Origin: Leucoraja erinacea
Lineage: Eukaryota
Assembly (NCBI RefSeq): GCF_028641065.1
Contig: NC_073397.1
Span: forward strand, 37,820,001-37,884,000
Reading direction: 5' to 3'
Length of the DNA: 64,000 nt
Shown: piece by piece, positions 1-12,915 of the stretch
Numbering within the stretch: position 1 is the first letter of the stretch
How the letters are laid out: each line of letters starts with the position of its first letter
Translations under genes and position numbers: made by a program
The notes under the pieces: model-generated
What the model saw: the letters and a program-made list of their open reading frames with translations, nothing else
Told to the model about the DNA's origin: nothing
Database searches by the model: none

Positions 1-180
1 TCTTCCCATCTCCTTTTGCAAAGTGCTCTCTCTGTCTGTGAGTGCGAGATATTTGTGGTTACATCCACTGTTGAAACAGGGTGCGTCTCTGCTCAGTTCT
101 TGAACATGTTGGTTCAAATACGGGCTGCGTGAAGACATTTGCCAGCTCCTGATGCTCCTCCCAAAAGCGTGAGATGAAGA

Positions 181-310
181 TCCACGCTCCACACTCCACG
201 CTCCACACTCCACACTCCACGCTGCCCGCTCCACGCTCCACACTCCACACTCCACACTCCACGCTCCACACTCCACGCTGCCCGCTCCACGCTCCACGCT
301 CCCCGCGCTC
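181..310. repeat. 7-bp tandem repeat (ctccaca/ctccacg)
   Basis: Directly visible. Confidence 0.9.
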
Positions 311-3300
311 ACTGGAGGCCGGGCTTGAGAAGATTATTTCTGTGTCGGTCACAGGTTAATGACATTGTCATCTACTTGGCTAATGTCTTGAGTCCAGAAT
401 ATCAAGTCAGTTTGTCAACGTTAACCTCCAATGCTAAAGTGACAATGATTTATGAAAAGCCTCTCGAGGTTTCAGTCTTGAAGCCGAGTTCTAACAAGCT
501 GCTGCGAACATTATCCAATGGAGAGGAATTGTTGGCAAAGTGGAGATGACCCTCTGTACGTTCTGCCGTGGGTTGTGAGTGAGTGAGTGAGTGAGGTGGG
601 TGGCGTGGGCCAAGACTGAGACCACATGGATGTACTGGCCATGGTCTGTGACGCTGGCAGCCAGCATCCCTACAGGATGTCCTCAGTAGATGGGAAGTGG
701 AGAGAAGATCTTGGGAATGGGAGAGTAACGTTGACTGTTGAGAGAATGAGGAAGCACGGGAGTGACCGGTGGAGAAACAGAGAGGCTCGTGTCACCGCCT
801 GGAGGTCACAGGTCAACGCAACGNNNNNNNNNNNNNNNNNNNNNNNNNNNNNNNNNNNNNNNNNNNNNNNNNNNNNNNNNNNNNNNNNNNNNNNNNNNNN
901 NNNNNNNNNNNNNNNNNNNNNNNAGCCAGATGTATTTGAGAGATGCTGTTCCTAGTGTGACCTCATCTACCTCATACTGAGACAGCCAAGCCCAGAACCA
1001 GACAGAGATCCACATACCCAACATCATCTGCTGTGGCAAGAGTTGGCGTCGCCCGCATTCACTGCCTTCAATGTTTTTTTCAGGACATTTGTGACAGATG
1101 TCCAGTTGAAGCGGTCTTGACGTTTGAATATACATAGGCTGCCCAGTTTACCCACACAGAAATGCTGCCTGACCCGCGAGGTCACCTAGAGTTTGCACGT
1201 GTTTACTCCAGCACTCTGTGGAAACGGTCACCATTTATCAATGTTTCTCCACAGATGCTTATGCAATCTGACCCGGCTGAGTCTGTAGTTACCCAGCACC
1301 TCTTTGAGTGATAAAGGTCGGACATATATCCATGTTATCCCCACAGATGCTGCCTGACCCGCCTGAGTTACTCAAGCACTCTGCTGAAACTGCCAAACCT
1401 ATCCATGTTCTCCACAGATGCTGCTGACCCCGCCTGAGTTACTCAGCATCTGTGTGAAACATAACCTATCATAGTGCTCCACAGATGCCTGTCCTGACCG
1501 CCTGAGTTACTCCAGCCGACTCTGTGTGAAACGTCACCGATCCATGTTCTACACAGATGCTGCAGGACCTGCTTGAGTTACCCAGAACCACTCATGTGAA
1601 ACAGTTCACCTAATACAGCTCTCTCCACAGATGCCTGCATGACCGCTGAGTATATTGCTGCGCAGCATCTAGCGAGTATAAGGCAACTAGGCAACTTTTC
1701 GGCGACCGAAGATCCTTCGGAAATAGCAACAGTTTCGCGGCCCGAAACCCTACGGGTTCGCAGACCGAAACGTGTTACCTATTCCTTACCTACATAGATG
1801 CTGCTGACCCGGTGAGTTACTGGAGCACATGATGACTTTTTAAACAAAGGTTAATTCTCACTGAATTAGCACAGGAGAATAGCAATGATGTATTGAAATG
1901 AGCTCGATCGAGTGTGGCCTCAATTCCACCAGGAATGAATCTTGTATATTGACGAATATTCATTGGACTGAATTTGGGCATTTAATTATCTTGGCGTGAA
2001 TGTTCACAGTCTCTCCCTGCCACTCCCCCTGCCTTTACCAATTACGTTTTTAGGTTTTGAGACAATAATTTCAGCATTTTCATGTGCCAATATAATTTAT
2101 CCATGCCCTCCTGTTTCCCCATCTTAGTCTGGGAGCGCCATGGCCAACCTTGATTCAGCCCTGCCACGATAATAATCACAAGAGCCCACTTGTGTTCCTT
2201 TTCACAAACTGGAATCCTACTCGGAGTAGTACAGAGAGGCAAGCTGATTGCCATGCGGTTGGTCCAAGAATAATTCATTGCCACCATTTATATTACCACA
2301 TGCCACTGAACATCTTGGAATCTCATTAGGATGTGGACAGACAGGTGTGTGTCTGTGGTGTGTGTGAGGAATTATGCGAGGGGCTTTATTCTGCGTACAC
2401 GTGCTGTGTGAGTGGATGAGATGGATGGAGTTATCCAGCTACACCGTGTGATGTGTGGAGGGAAGTCAGTTTGGGCGGGAAGGCATACAGAAGCTACATG
2501 GTTGTGTGTGGGACTGCGATATGCGCCAGTTTATCGACGTACCGTCGTGAGTGGGTGGACTGGTACGGGTTATCTGAAGTACACGTTGGTGGGGACTGGG
2601 TGGACTGGGACGGGGTTATCGAGTACACGCGTGTGTGTTGGACCGACGGAGACAGGGTTTTATACGAGATTACACGCGGATGTGTAGGGTGCTAGGCGAC
2701 GGGATGAGAGCTTCATCAAGGAGCCCTGCTGCAGCACGTGTGTGCCTGTTGATGGTGTGTCGTGTGCGGCGCGTGCTTATCTAGGAGCTGCTGCATGCAC
2801 ACTGTGCTGTAGCCCCCCGTCCCCCCCCATGTTGTTTGTGACTGCGTGTGAGGCGAGGTTCTATCAGGAGACTGATACGCCACACGTTCTGTTGTGCTAC
2901 GTTGTGGGCCTGGGTTTATCAAGGGAGTGCATACACACGTAGTGCTGGGTGTGGCGGAGCGGCTTATCAAGCGATGCTGTAGCAGCACGTGTGGTGGCCG
3001 TGTGTGTAGTGCTGGGACAAACAACAGCACGTCTCTCGCAATGCGTAAGAATTGACAGCCCCCACCTGCCACTCACCCGCTTCACTCGAATACTGTTAAT
3101 TCAGGGAATAATTAGCATGTCCTTTTGCATGCAGTAAAAAATCAATTGTTGCTGAATAATGAGGGTTTAATGCCGCGAATTTGATATTATAAGTCATCAG
3201 CGCCATGGATTAGATTTAAGTGGCGATGCCAGAATTCTGCTGAGCAATGATTACAATTTGTTTGCAAAAATACGCAAAATAAAATTCAATGAATATTAAA

Positions 3301-3384
3301 TATTTATTATCGCGGCTTGCTTTATTTTATGTTTACACCTCGTCTATTCAGATCGTATGAATATCATTAAACTTCCCAATCCCA

Positions 3385-3770
3385 ATTAGTTTCGTTTTCT
3401 AGAGATACAGCGCTGCGCGAAAAAGGCCCTCAGCGACCACCGCGGTCCGTGCCGACCAGCTGATCCACGCACACTAACACGTGTCCTACACACCCCTAGG
3501 GATCAATTTACATTTACACCAAGCCAATTATATCTACAAAGCCTGCACGTCTTCGGAGATGTGGGAGGAAACCCGAAGATCTCGGAATCGACGAAGAACA
3601 ACCCACGCAGGTACACGGGGGAGTAAACGAGAAAAGCAGAATTGATAGAAGAGACCTGTGCAAAACTACCGCTAACAGAACAGCAGCGCTAGTCGGATTA
3701 GAACCCGGATCTCTGTTGCCCACGTAAGCGCTGTAAAGCGCAGCAACATCTACCGCCCGTAGTGTCACTG
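3385..3770 (-). mobile_element. V-SINE copy with many indels
   Basis: Recognisable tail and V-domain, heavily interrupted by single-base indels. Confidence 0.7.
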
Positions 3771-4619
3771 CCCCTCTTTACTCAATGCGTTGAGTCAAAT
3801 TTAGTCTGCAGTATACTACCCGCACTACTGTCTGCCTTTTATGGTAAACAAGCCATCGTGCCACCTTCCTTGTTTCTACTGTTGTAATCTCTCCCCAGAT
3901 TTTCCGGCCCATTGCCCATCAGCCTACCACAGATTCTTCCCACACTGCGGGATATTAACACACCCACCTGCAGAATTTTTTACCACATGAGCGTGGTGAG
4001 TCTCTGGCAACTTCTGCTCACGGAACGGCAAATAAACTGTTTGAGAGCCAGTTCATTGGCTATATTTCAAGAGAGGAGTTCCAGATGTGGCCCTGAGTGG
4101 ACTAAAGGGTCAGGGGCACTATTGCGAGGAGAAAGGCAGGAACAGGACTAATGAGAAAGGGATTTTTGATCAGCCATAGATCCTAGGTGAATGGCGGTGC
4201 AGGCCTCTCGATAGGGTTATACCGAGTTACTCCACCTATTTTGTGTCCACCTATTTTCAACTTCCTACTCTGTTTCTAGGCAGTGACGGATGTGTGCGGA
4301 TGCTTGCACGGTCTTCTTCACTGCTTTGAGGATTCAAATGACAACACATTTCAGGCCATGAGAACAGGCTGCGTCAAGATGACCGCTCGTGCTCAGTTGT
4401 TGTCATAATCGACAGTCACTGTGAGGTCACACGTAGTGCATCCTTCGGCTGGCCGGCCCCTCTTACCCAGTCTCGTTTGGTTATATGTCCCTGCCCTGCG
4501 TGTATCCCTGGACGCAGAGGGCGCGCAATTACACAGTTAGTGCTGTCCACTGAGCGGACTCGTACGCTGGTTTCCTGCCTGTCAACGATGGTCGATTTGC
4601 GAAGCCGGGACCTGTCAAG

Positions 4620-5883
4620 AGTACAGATTCAAAGTGAGATTTATTTGTCATGTGTGAAGTCCAGAGTCAAGGGGTCAAGCTTATTTGCTCACATCCCACA
4701 CATACGAGATGTGCAAGAACTTTTAGACAGAGACCGGGTGAATCGTGGACAATGCTCGCCCCAGAGGGACTTTGTGCAAAATATCTGTTTTGTTTTTGCT
4801 ATATTTCCCAGGGATTAGACAATGACAATTCTTGCTTTGCTTCAGCACAACATGAAGACGATTAGGCATAAAAATAACTGAACAGACAGATCAGGTGTGT
4901 CCATAAACCATAAGGTACAGTATAGTAGATCCGAATTATATACACATAAATAAACCCTGAAAAAATGCATATGGGTCTATTAATGCATACCGAGTTTGTT
5001 TGAGTCTGCGTTTTATAGTCTGGATGGCTGTGGGGAAGAAAGCTATTCCTGCAAACTTGATGTTTCCTAGATTTCAGGCTCTGGTATGATATCTACTTGA
5101 AGGGCAAACGGATAAGTGGCGCAGGTGTTAGTGTAGGATCTTGATCGATGTGGCTGTAGTCCAGCCAAGTTTTTTTAGACATAGGCAGACGAGATGCGAG
5201 AGTTAAATACCAGTCGATGGTCGCGGCAGGGAGTGTCAGATGTCGAATGAATGGACTACTGGGCAGAGTGGTTACAACATATTCTTTTACATCCTAAATC
5301 TCGTACGCGGACGCCTCAAGTAGGTCGTGAACCAAGCCACGAATGCAACCGGTCAGACCATGGTTCTCTACTGTGCACCCTGGTAGAAGATTATTACAGT
5401 CCGTATCTCCTTTGACCCAAACTGACTATCCGTTAATCTTCTCAGGAAGTAAGAGGCGTATGATGAGCTTTCTTTATCAATTGCATCAGTGCGTTCTCGG
5501 ACCAGGAAAGATCTTCAGAGATGACCTGCACGCCCAAGAAATTGAAGCTCTTGACCCTTTCAACCGTTGATATAAATGGGACTGTTGGTCCCCATCCTAC
5601 TCCTTCCAAAGTCCACAATCAGTTCCTTGGTTTTGCTGGTGTTGAGGGCCAGGTTATTGTGCTGGCACCATATGGTCAGTCGGTTGATCTCACTTCTATA
5701 CTCTGACTCATCCCCATCAGTGATACGTCCCACAACAGCAGTGTCGTCAGCGAATTTGATGATGGAGCTCGCACTGTGACCAGCTACGCAGTCATGAGTA
5801 TAGAGTGAGTACAGCAGGGGCTGAGCACGCAGCCTTGAGGTGCTCCCGTGCTGATTGTTATCGAGTCTGACACATTTCCACAA
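4620..5883 (-). mobile_element. Rex1/Babar-like non-LTR retrotransposon, 5'-truncated RT and 3' end
   Basis: Minus-strand peptide PLLYSLYTHDC...IIKFADDTAVVGRI...NNLALNTSKTKELIVDF (RT catalytic FADD). The left part is indel-rich and its boundary is approximate. Confidence 0.8.
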
Positions 5884-6619
5884 GTCAAGTGTAATATTGA
5901 TAGTGGAATATTAATTTGACGACTGTTTGTTTGAAAACTGCCAATATAGGATGCCTTTGCTCGTGTTCATACTTTGTATGTTTTATGAATCAAAGTAATT
6001 GTAAACAAAAGAGAGATTGTGCACCCTCCATGTGGCATTGTGACCCTTACCCTCGGAGTGGGGATTGACCCCCTAGTGTCTGTGACGCTCGGATCCGATT
6101 CTGAGCATCGACCCTTGTGTCTGTGACTACTGTGCCACCCAGGGGGATATGGGTTGGAGCTGGAGCTTTGAATGAAGGTGAGAGATACCAGCAATGCAGA
6201 TTGTGAAACACACATCCATCCATCCATCCATCCATCCGTCCGTCCGTCCATCCATCGATTGCCTGGGGATGATTCTGCCCTCTGCCGTTTGGCCAGATAT
6301 ACTTCCTGTATGTTGGCAGGTGAGGGAAGAAGCACTGCAAGTATTTAAATCAGCCTCAGCCTGATAAGAGCAAACATATTTGTGGCTTGGAAAAGAGCAA
6401 TTATTGCTCAAGCTCTCTCCGGAGACAAGTCATTGGATACGGTTGCGGTGTGCAGCCAATCAGACAGCTCATTTATTAGTCCTAGATTGGCATTTTGTTA
6501 AATTGCGCTCTTTTAAACTCTGCTGTTTACACTGGGGGGTTGGAGAGGCCGTGCATGGTTGCGAAAAGTCGTTTCATCAGATGCCCTTGAACTTCCAGCA
6601 CACAGTCTCTGAGCGGTCA

Positions 6620-6920
6620 GCTCTCCAGCCCCAGCTCACCGATTGTGTAGCCAACACCAGTGTCCAGCCCAGCTCACCGCAGCCAGCACCAGTGTCCAGC
6701 CCCGCTCACCACAGCCCAGCTCACCACAGCCCAGCTCACCGCAGCCCAGCTCACCACAGCCCAGCTCACCGCAGCCCAGCTCACCGAGCTCACCGCAGCC
6801 CAGCTCACCGATGCCCCAGCCTCACCGATTGGTGCCAACACCAGTGTCCAGCCCAGCTCACCACAGTCAGCACCAGTGTCCAGCCCAGCTCACTGCAGCC
6901 CAGCTCACCACAGCCCAGCC
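6620..6920. repeat. 15-bp minisatellite (cagcccagctcacc(a/g)) with variants
   Basis: Directly visible. Confidence 0.9.
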
Positions 6921-8417
6921 GGCTCGGTGCCTTTGGGACAGCTGAGGTCTGCTGGTCCTTCTGCGACTTTGACCGAGATCCCGTTGGGTTCAGGGTGCGA
7001 TGTGGCCACTCGTTCCTGCCGCGGTGATCCATGGTTTACAAAACGTTCCCACAAATACTGAATGGTCTTGAGGTGTGTGGTAATAATATCCTTTTAAAAC
7101 TTAATATTACAATTTTAGTAGCTGGGGAATATTAACCTCCTCCTTCCTCTATAAGGATCTTCTGCAGTTTACTCAGAATCTATGTCCACTACAGAGTGAC
7201 TTCAGGACAGATGAAGCGGGGAACCAGAAACAGCCAGATTTGTAAAAGATTTTAGGACCTATATAGATAGGATAGTGGGATATGGCCAAATGCAAGCAAT
7301 TTGCCAACTTGGTCTGCACAGATAAGTTGGGCTGAAGGGCCTGTTTCCGTTTCGTATGACTGCTCACTGAAAGGATAATGATGATCCTCAGCAAGGTTAC
7401 ACGGCGCCTGTAGTAGAAATATGAACCAAGACCAATTTGTATCCAATTAACTAACGATGCCCTCCTGTTTTCCTCATTCCTCAATAACGCCACGACAGAA
7501 ATAGGCCCTTCGGTCCAACGCATCCCATGCTGACCCTGATGTCCCATCTAAGCTAGACCCATTCCATAAGTCCATGAGTTGTAGGAGCAGAATTAGGCCA
7601 TTCGGCCCATCTAATCTACCCTTCCATTCAATCATGGCTGATCTATCTCTCCCTCTCAACCCCATTCTCCTGCCTTCTCCCCATAACCCCTGACCCCCGC
7701 ACTAATACAGTTTGCCCGCATCTATCCCATAACCCCTAACCCTCTCCACTCCATGTACCTGGTCGTGACTTATACTTGCGTTCTTCCTCGTATACGTTGG
7801 GAGATTGTTTACTTTAAATATGTGCTTGAAGTTTTAGGAATCGGATTGTTTTATCCAATAGTGGAGTCAGGGGATATGGGGAGAAGGCAGGAACGGGGTA
7901 CTGATTGTGGATGATCAGCCATGATCATATTGAATGGTGGTGCTGGCTCGAAGGGCCGAATGGCCTCTACTCCTGCACCTATTGTCTATTGTCTAAATGA
8001 TGTTTCTCAGCAACTTGTATTCACGATGTCAACTTTTCTCTCTGATTAAGTCTGGACAACTTCTAGACCATAACTTTAAACTGCATCAGGCTGCTCCTTA
8101 TTAACCCATTCTTCAGGGCAGTGTGCAGGGTGGAGGGTGTGGTGCATACATACTAAACCCTTTCTCTGGTTTTCAACACTGGTTTTGTCAGTGCAGAGTA
8201 GAGTGGATCGAGCTGCTTCACCAGATTGAGAACTGAAAGAGAAATTCGGCTCGATCTTTGTGGGGCTGGCAGTGTGGGGGTGGTGGCTGACAAGGCAGCG
8301 TGATGGGGGATGTGGACATCTCGATGAGCTGAGTTCAACAGTGTACATTCCTGGCATCCCGCCTGGCCACTTGCCAATTGATGACCAAGTGCAGCCTAGT
8401 GGAGGTGCTGAGTGGGT

Positions 8418-8676
8418 CAAGCAGCATTAGTGGAGGACAAGCAGCATTAGTGGAGGACAAGCAGCATTAGTGGAGGACAAGCAGCATTAGTGGAGGACAA
8501 GCAGCATTAGTGGAGGACAAGCAGCATTAGTGGAGGACAAGCAGCATTTGTGGAGGACAAGCAGCATTAGTGGAGGACAAGCAGCATTAGTGGAGGACAA
8601 GCAGCATTAGTGGAGGACAAGCAGCATTAGTGGAGGACAAGCAGCATTAGTGGAGGACAGGCAGCATTTGTGGACA
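8418..8676. repeat. 20-bp minisatellite (caagcagcattagtggagga), about 13 nearly perfect copies
   Basis: Directly visible. Confidence 0.95.
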
Positions 8677-8839
8677 TCCTGCACTAGAGCGGAGGGTGAA
8701 GAGGAGAGGTAACCAGGTGATAGAGGTGGGACGGGCAGGTGGGACCAGGTGAGGTTCAAGGGGCAAGAACATGCTGACCCAGCCAGTCCAAGCCCATGCC
8801 TCATCAGCTCTGGACACCAGCCACTGCTGATGCTGGTTT

Positions 8840-9250
8840 ACACAGTAGAGTTGCTGCCTTACAGCACCAGGGACCCGAGTTTGATCCTGACTACGTCTGC
8901 TGTCTGTACGGAGTTTGTGAGTTTTAGTTTAGTTCATCGTCACGTGAACCGAGGCCCAGTGAAACGTTTTTGTTGTGTCCTAACCAGTCAGCAGAAAGAC
9001 AACACATGATTACAATCGAGCCATTTACAGTGTACAGATATATTCTCCCTGTGACCACATGGGACATCTCCGGTGCTCCGGTTTCCTCCCACATTCCAAA
9101 GACATGCAGGTTTGTAGGTTAATTGGTTTTGGTAAAGATTGTAAATTGTCCCTGGTGTGTGTGCAGGTTAGTGCTAGTATGCAGGGATCGCTGGTCAGAG
9201 TGGACTTGGTGGGCCGAAGGGCCTGTTTCCATGCTGTATCTCTAAAGTAA
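8840..9250 (+). mobile_element. V-SINE interrupted by a ~125-bp insertion (about 8918-9040)
   Basis: SINE head up to ...gagtttg, foreign segment, then resumes at ttctccctgtgacc through the tail. Confidence 0.8.
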
Positions 9251-9365
9251 TCTGAGACACAAAGTGCTGGAGTAACTCAGTGGGTGAGGGGCCATCTGTG
9301 GAGAGCAGGGATGTTGCCTGATCCACTGGGTTACTCCAGCACTGTGTGTGTCCTTCCTTATCACC

Positions 9366-9646
9366 TTAGTTTAGTTGAGAGATACAGCGCGGAAACAGGC
9401 CCTTCGGCCCACCGAGTCTGCACTGACCAGTGATCCCCGCCCACTAGAACTATCCTACACACACTAGGGACAATTTACATTTACACCAAGCCAATTAACC
9501 TGCAAACCTGCACACACAGCTTGGAGAAACCACACGTAGGTCACGGGGAGAACGTGCAAACTCCGTACAGACAGCGCCCGTGGTCGGGATCGAACCTGCG
9601 TCTCTGCTGCTGTGAGGCAGCAACTCTACCGCTGCGCCACCGTGCC
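9366..9646 (-). mobile_element. V-SINE with internal deletion
   Basis: Head, part of the V-domain and tail are recognisable. Confidence 0.85.
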
Positions 9647-10217
9647 ACCCAGTTATTTCATCCAATTTCAAGACATCTACATCTAACCTGCCACCGTCAC
9701 CATTAACCCCTCACTCTCTGTGTTACCCACCCACACTCACTCCACAACCGCAGACTCTTTGTCTGGTGCCCAAGGTTTCTGCTGATGAATCCAGCAACAG
9801 TGAGAGTCTCATCTCGGCCAGACCGCCCCATGGCCTGTGGACGTTCTCTGTGGTACAGCAATATGAATAGCATTTAGTATCTGTGAAATAAAGTGGTTTC
9901 CATGTGAACCATCTCTGCGCTGGAGATTGTATCAGCTCTTCACTTCAATTATACAAATGGAACGCTCCGAGCTATAATAACATCTTTAGTGGTTTTACAA
10001 CAATGTCATTGTGGAGCTTGTTTGTATCAGAGAAAGATATTAATTGCAAATGGGAGTCATAGACATGCCTGAAATGCAATTATCTGTTACAGCAAACATC
10101 ATTAAAACGCAAATCTCATTTGAGGAGGCGAAGTGAATAAATCTGTTTTCTGCCGTGAACGCAAACTGTGGGGTTACATCACGGCCCTGGTGTGGCAACA
10201 GTCCTGCCCTAGACAGC

Positions 10218-11020
10218 AATGTAGACTGTAGATGTAGCCCAGCCCGCCATTGGAGATGTAGCCCAGCCCGCCATTGTAGATGTAGCCCAGCCCACCATTG
10301 TAGATGTAGCCCAGTCCATCACACACACCACACTCCCCACCATTGTAGATGTAGCCCAGTCCCACACACACCACACTCCCCACCATTGTAGATGTAGCCC
10401 AGTCCATCACACTCCCCACCATTGTAGATGTAGCCCAGTCCATCACACTCCCCACCATTGTAGATGTAGCCCAGTCCATCACACACTCCCCACCATTGTA
10501 GATATAGCCCAGCCCGCCATTGTAGATGTAACCCAGTCCCACACACTCCCCACCATTGTAGATGTAGCCCAGCCCACCATAGATGTAACCCAGTCCCACA
10601 CACTCCCCACCATTGTAGATGTAGCACTGCCCACCATTGTAGATGTAGCCCAGCCCATATCACACACACCACACTCCCCACCATTGTAGATGTGGCCCAG
10701 CCCATCACACTCCCCACCATTGTAGATGTGGCCCAGCCCATCACACTCCCCACCATTGTAGATGTAGCCCAGCCCATCTCACACACACCACACTCCCCAC
10801 CATTGTAGATGTAGCCAGCCCAGTCCCACACACACCACACTCCCCACCATTGTAGATGTAGCCCAGTCCCACACACACACCACACACTCCCCCACCATTG
10901 TAGATGTAGCCCAGTCCCATCACACACTCCCCACCATTGTAGATGTAGCCCAGTCCCATCACACACACCACACTCCCCACCATTGTAGATGTGGCCCAGT
11001 CCATCACACACACCACACAA
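10218..11020. repeat. Complex minisatellite, core cactccccaccattgtagatgtagcccag
   Basis: About 22 variable-length units; a related array in opposite orientation lies at 31875-32130. Confidence 0.95.
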
Positions 11021-11649
11021 ACAGGACGTTCCTTTAGGAAGGAGATGAGGAGGAATTTCTTTAGTCAGAGGGTGGTGAAACTGTGGAACTCATTGCCACA
11101 GACGGCGGTGGAGGTCAAGTCAGTGGATATTTTTAAGGCAGAGATAGATAGATTCTTGATTAGTACGGGTGTCAGGGGTTATGGGGAGAAGACAGGAGAA
11201 TGGGGTTAGGAGGGAGAGATAGATCAGCCATTATTGAATGGCGGAGCAGACTTGATGGGCCGAATGGCCTAATTCTGCTCCTATCACTTATGGCCATTCC
11301 CGAGAGAAAGCCCCATTTGCATTATTGATTATGATCCCTGTGATCAATCCCTGTTCCTGCAGATGTCCCCGTGCAAATCAGTATGATGTGCCCAGCTTAG
11401 CTTCCAATCAGAAGCCTTTTTATCTTTAATTTGTTATTCCTGCAGCCGGGTTTGAGGTGGTTGGGAGAAAACTGCTCGTTATATGCTGGCGAATCTATTG
11501 AAAGTGACATGAGTATTCCGAAACGTCCCCTATCCATTCCCTCCGTAGATGCTGCTGCACCCGCTGAGTTCCTCCAGCACTTTGTGTTTTGCTCAGGATG
11601 AGAGCTGCTCACCTCTTCATTGCTGTTTGCAGGACAAGACCCTGAATAA

Positions 11650-12015
11650 TGTGTTCACACGTGTGTGTGTGCGTGTATGTATATGTGCGTGTGTGTATGT
11701 ATGCGTGTGTGTGTGTGTATATCAGTGTGTATGTGTGTGTGTATATCAGTGTGTATGCGTGTGTATATGAGTATGTGTGTGTGTATATGAGTGTGTATGT
11801 ACGTGTTTGTACGTGTGCGTGTATATCAGTGTGTATGTGTGTGTGTATATCAGTGTGTATGTGTGTGTGTATATGTGTGTATGTATATGAGTTTGGATGT
11901 ATGCGTGTGTATATGAGTATGTGTGCGTGTATATGAGTGTATGTTTGTACGTGTGCGTGTGCGTGTATATGAGTGTGTGTATGTACGTGTTTGTACGTGT
12001 GCGTGTGTATATATT
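11650..12015. repeat. Degenerate (TG)/(TA) microsatellite
   Basis: Directly visible. Confidence 0.95.
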
Positions 12016-12432
12016 GGATGAGCCACTGAAACAATATTTTTGCAGTAAGGCAACTTGAGAAACTGTAGCCTGTTGTCTCCACATGTAACTGGATTAAAGT
12101 GCGAGTTATTACACCGGGCGGGCGGGTAATGAGATTTTATCTGAGGCAGTAAATGGGGAGTGAATGTCCAAGAATGTCCAGGCTCTTTGTATCGAGTGCC
12201 TTGTGCATCTTGCTGCCATCACAATGTCAGATCCGTCACAGGCACTGTGGTAATCCAGTTGCTGGTTGACGTTTGATAGAAGTGTCTTTCAGCTGCCTGT
12301 AATCGGCAAGTCCCCTGTGGCCGTCTGCAATGTTAGCTCAGAGCTAAGCAAAACCTCTCAGCTGCTTTTCTGTACATCATTTATGCAGCAAAAAGTCTAC
12401 CTGCTCTTTGATTCACAGCTGGAGTATCATTC

Positions 12433-12915
12433 TGTGTAGGAAGGAACTGCGGATGCTGGTTTAAACTGAAGATAGATACAAAATGCTGGAGTAACTCAGC
12501 GGGACAGGCAGCATCTCTGGAGAGAAGGAATGGGTGACGTTTTGGGTCGAGACCCGAGGGTCTGAAGAAGAGTCTCGACCTGAAACGTCACCCATTCCCT
12601 CTGTCTACAGACACTGCCTGACCCGCAGAGTTACTCCAGCACTCTGTGAAACGTTACCTATCCATGTTCTCCACTGATGCTGCCTGACCCGCTGAGTTAC
12701 TCCAGCACTCTGTGAACCGTCACCTATCCGTGTTCTCCACAGATGCTGCCGGACCCGCTGAGTTTCTCCAGCACTCTGTGAAACGTCACCTATCCATGTT
12801 CTCCACAGATGCTGCCTGACCCGCTGAGTTACTCCAGCACTCTGTGAATCGTCACCTATCCATGTTCTCCACTGATGCTGCCTGACCCGCTGAGTTACTC
12901 CAGCAGTCTGTGTCT
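12433..12915. mobile_element. Penelope-tail foldback (inverted copies meeting at the hammerhead motif) followed by a 66-bp tandem array
   Basis: Minus copy 12433-12552, junction gggtcgagacccgagggtctgaagaag, then plus copy and about 4 further units of gaaacgtcacctatccatgttctccacagatgctgcctgacccgctgagttactccagcactctgt. Confidence 0.85.
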
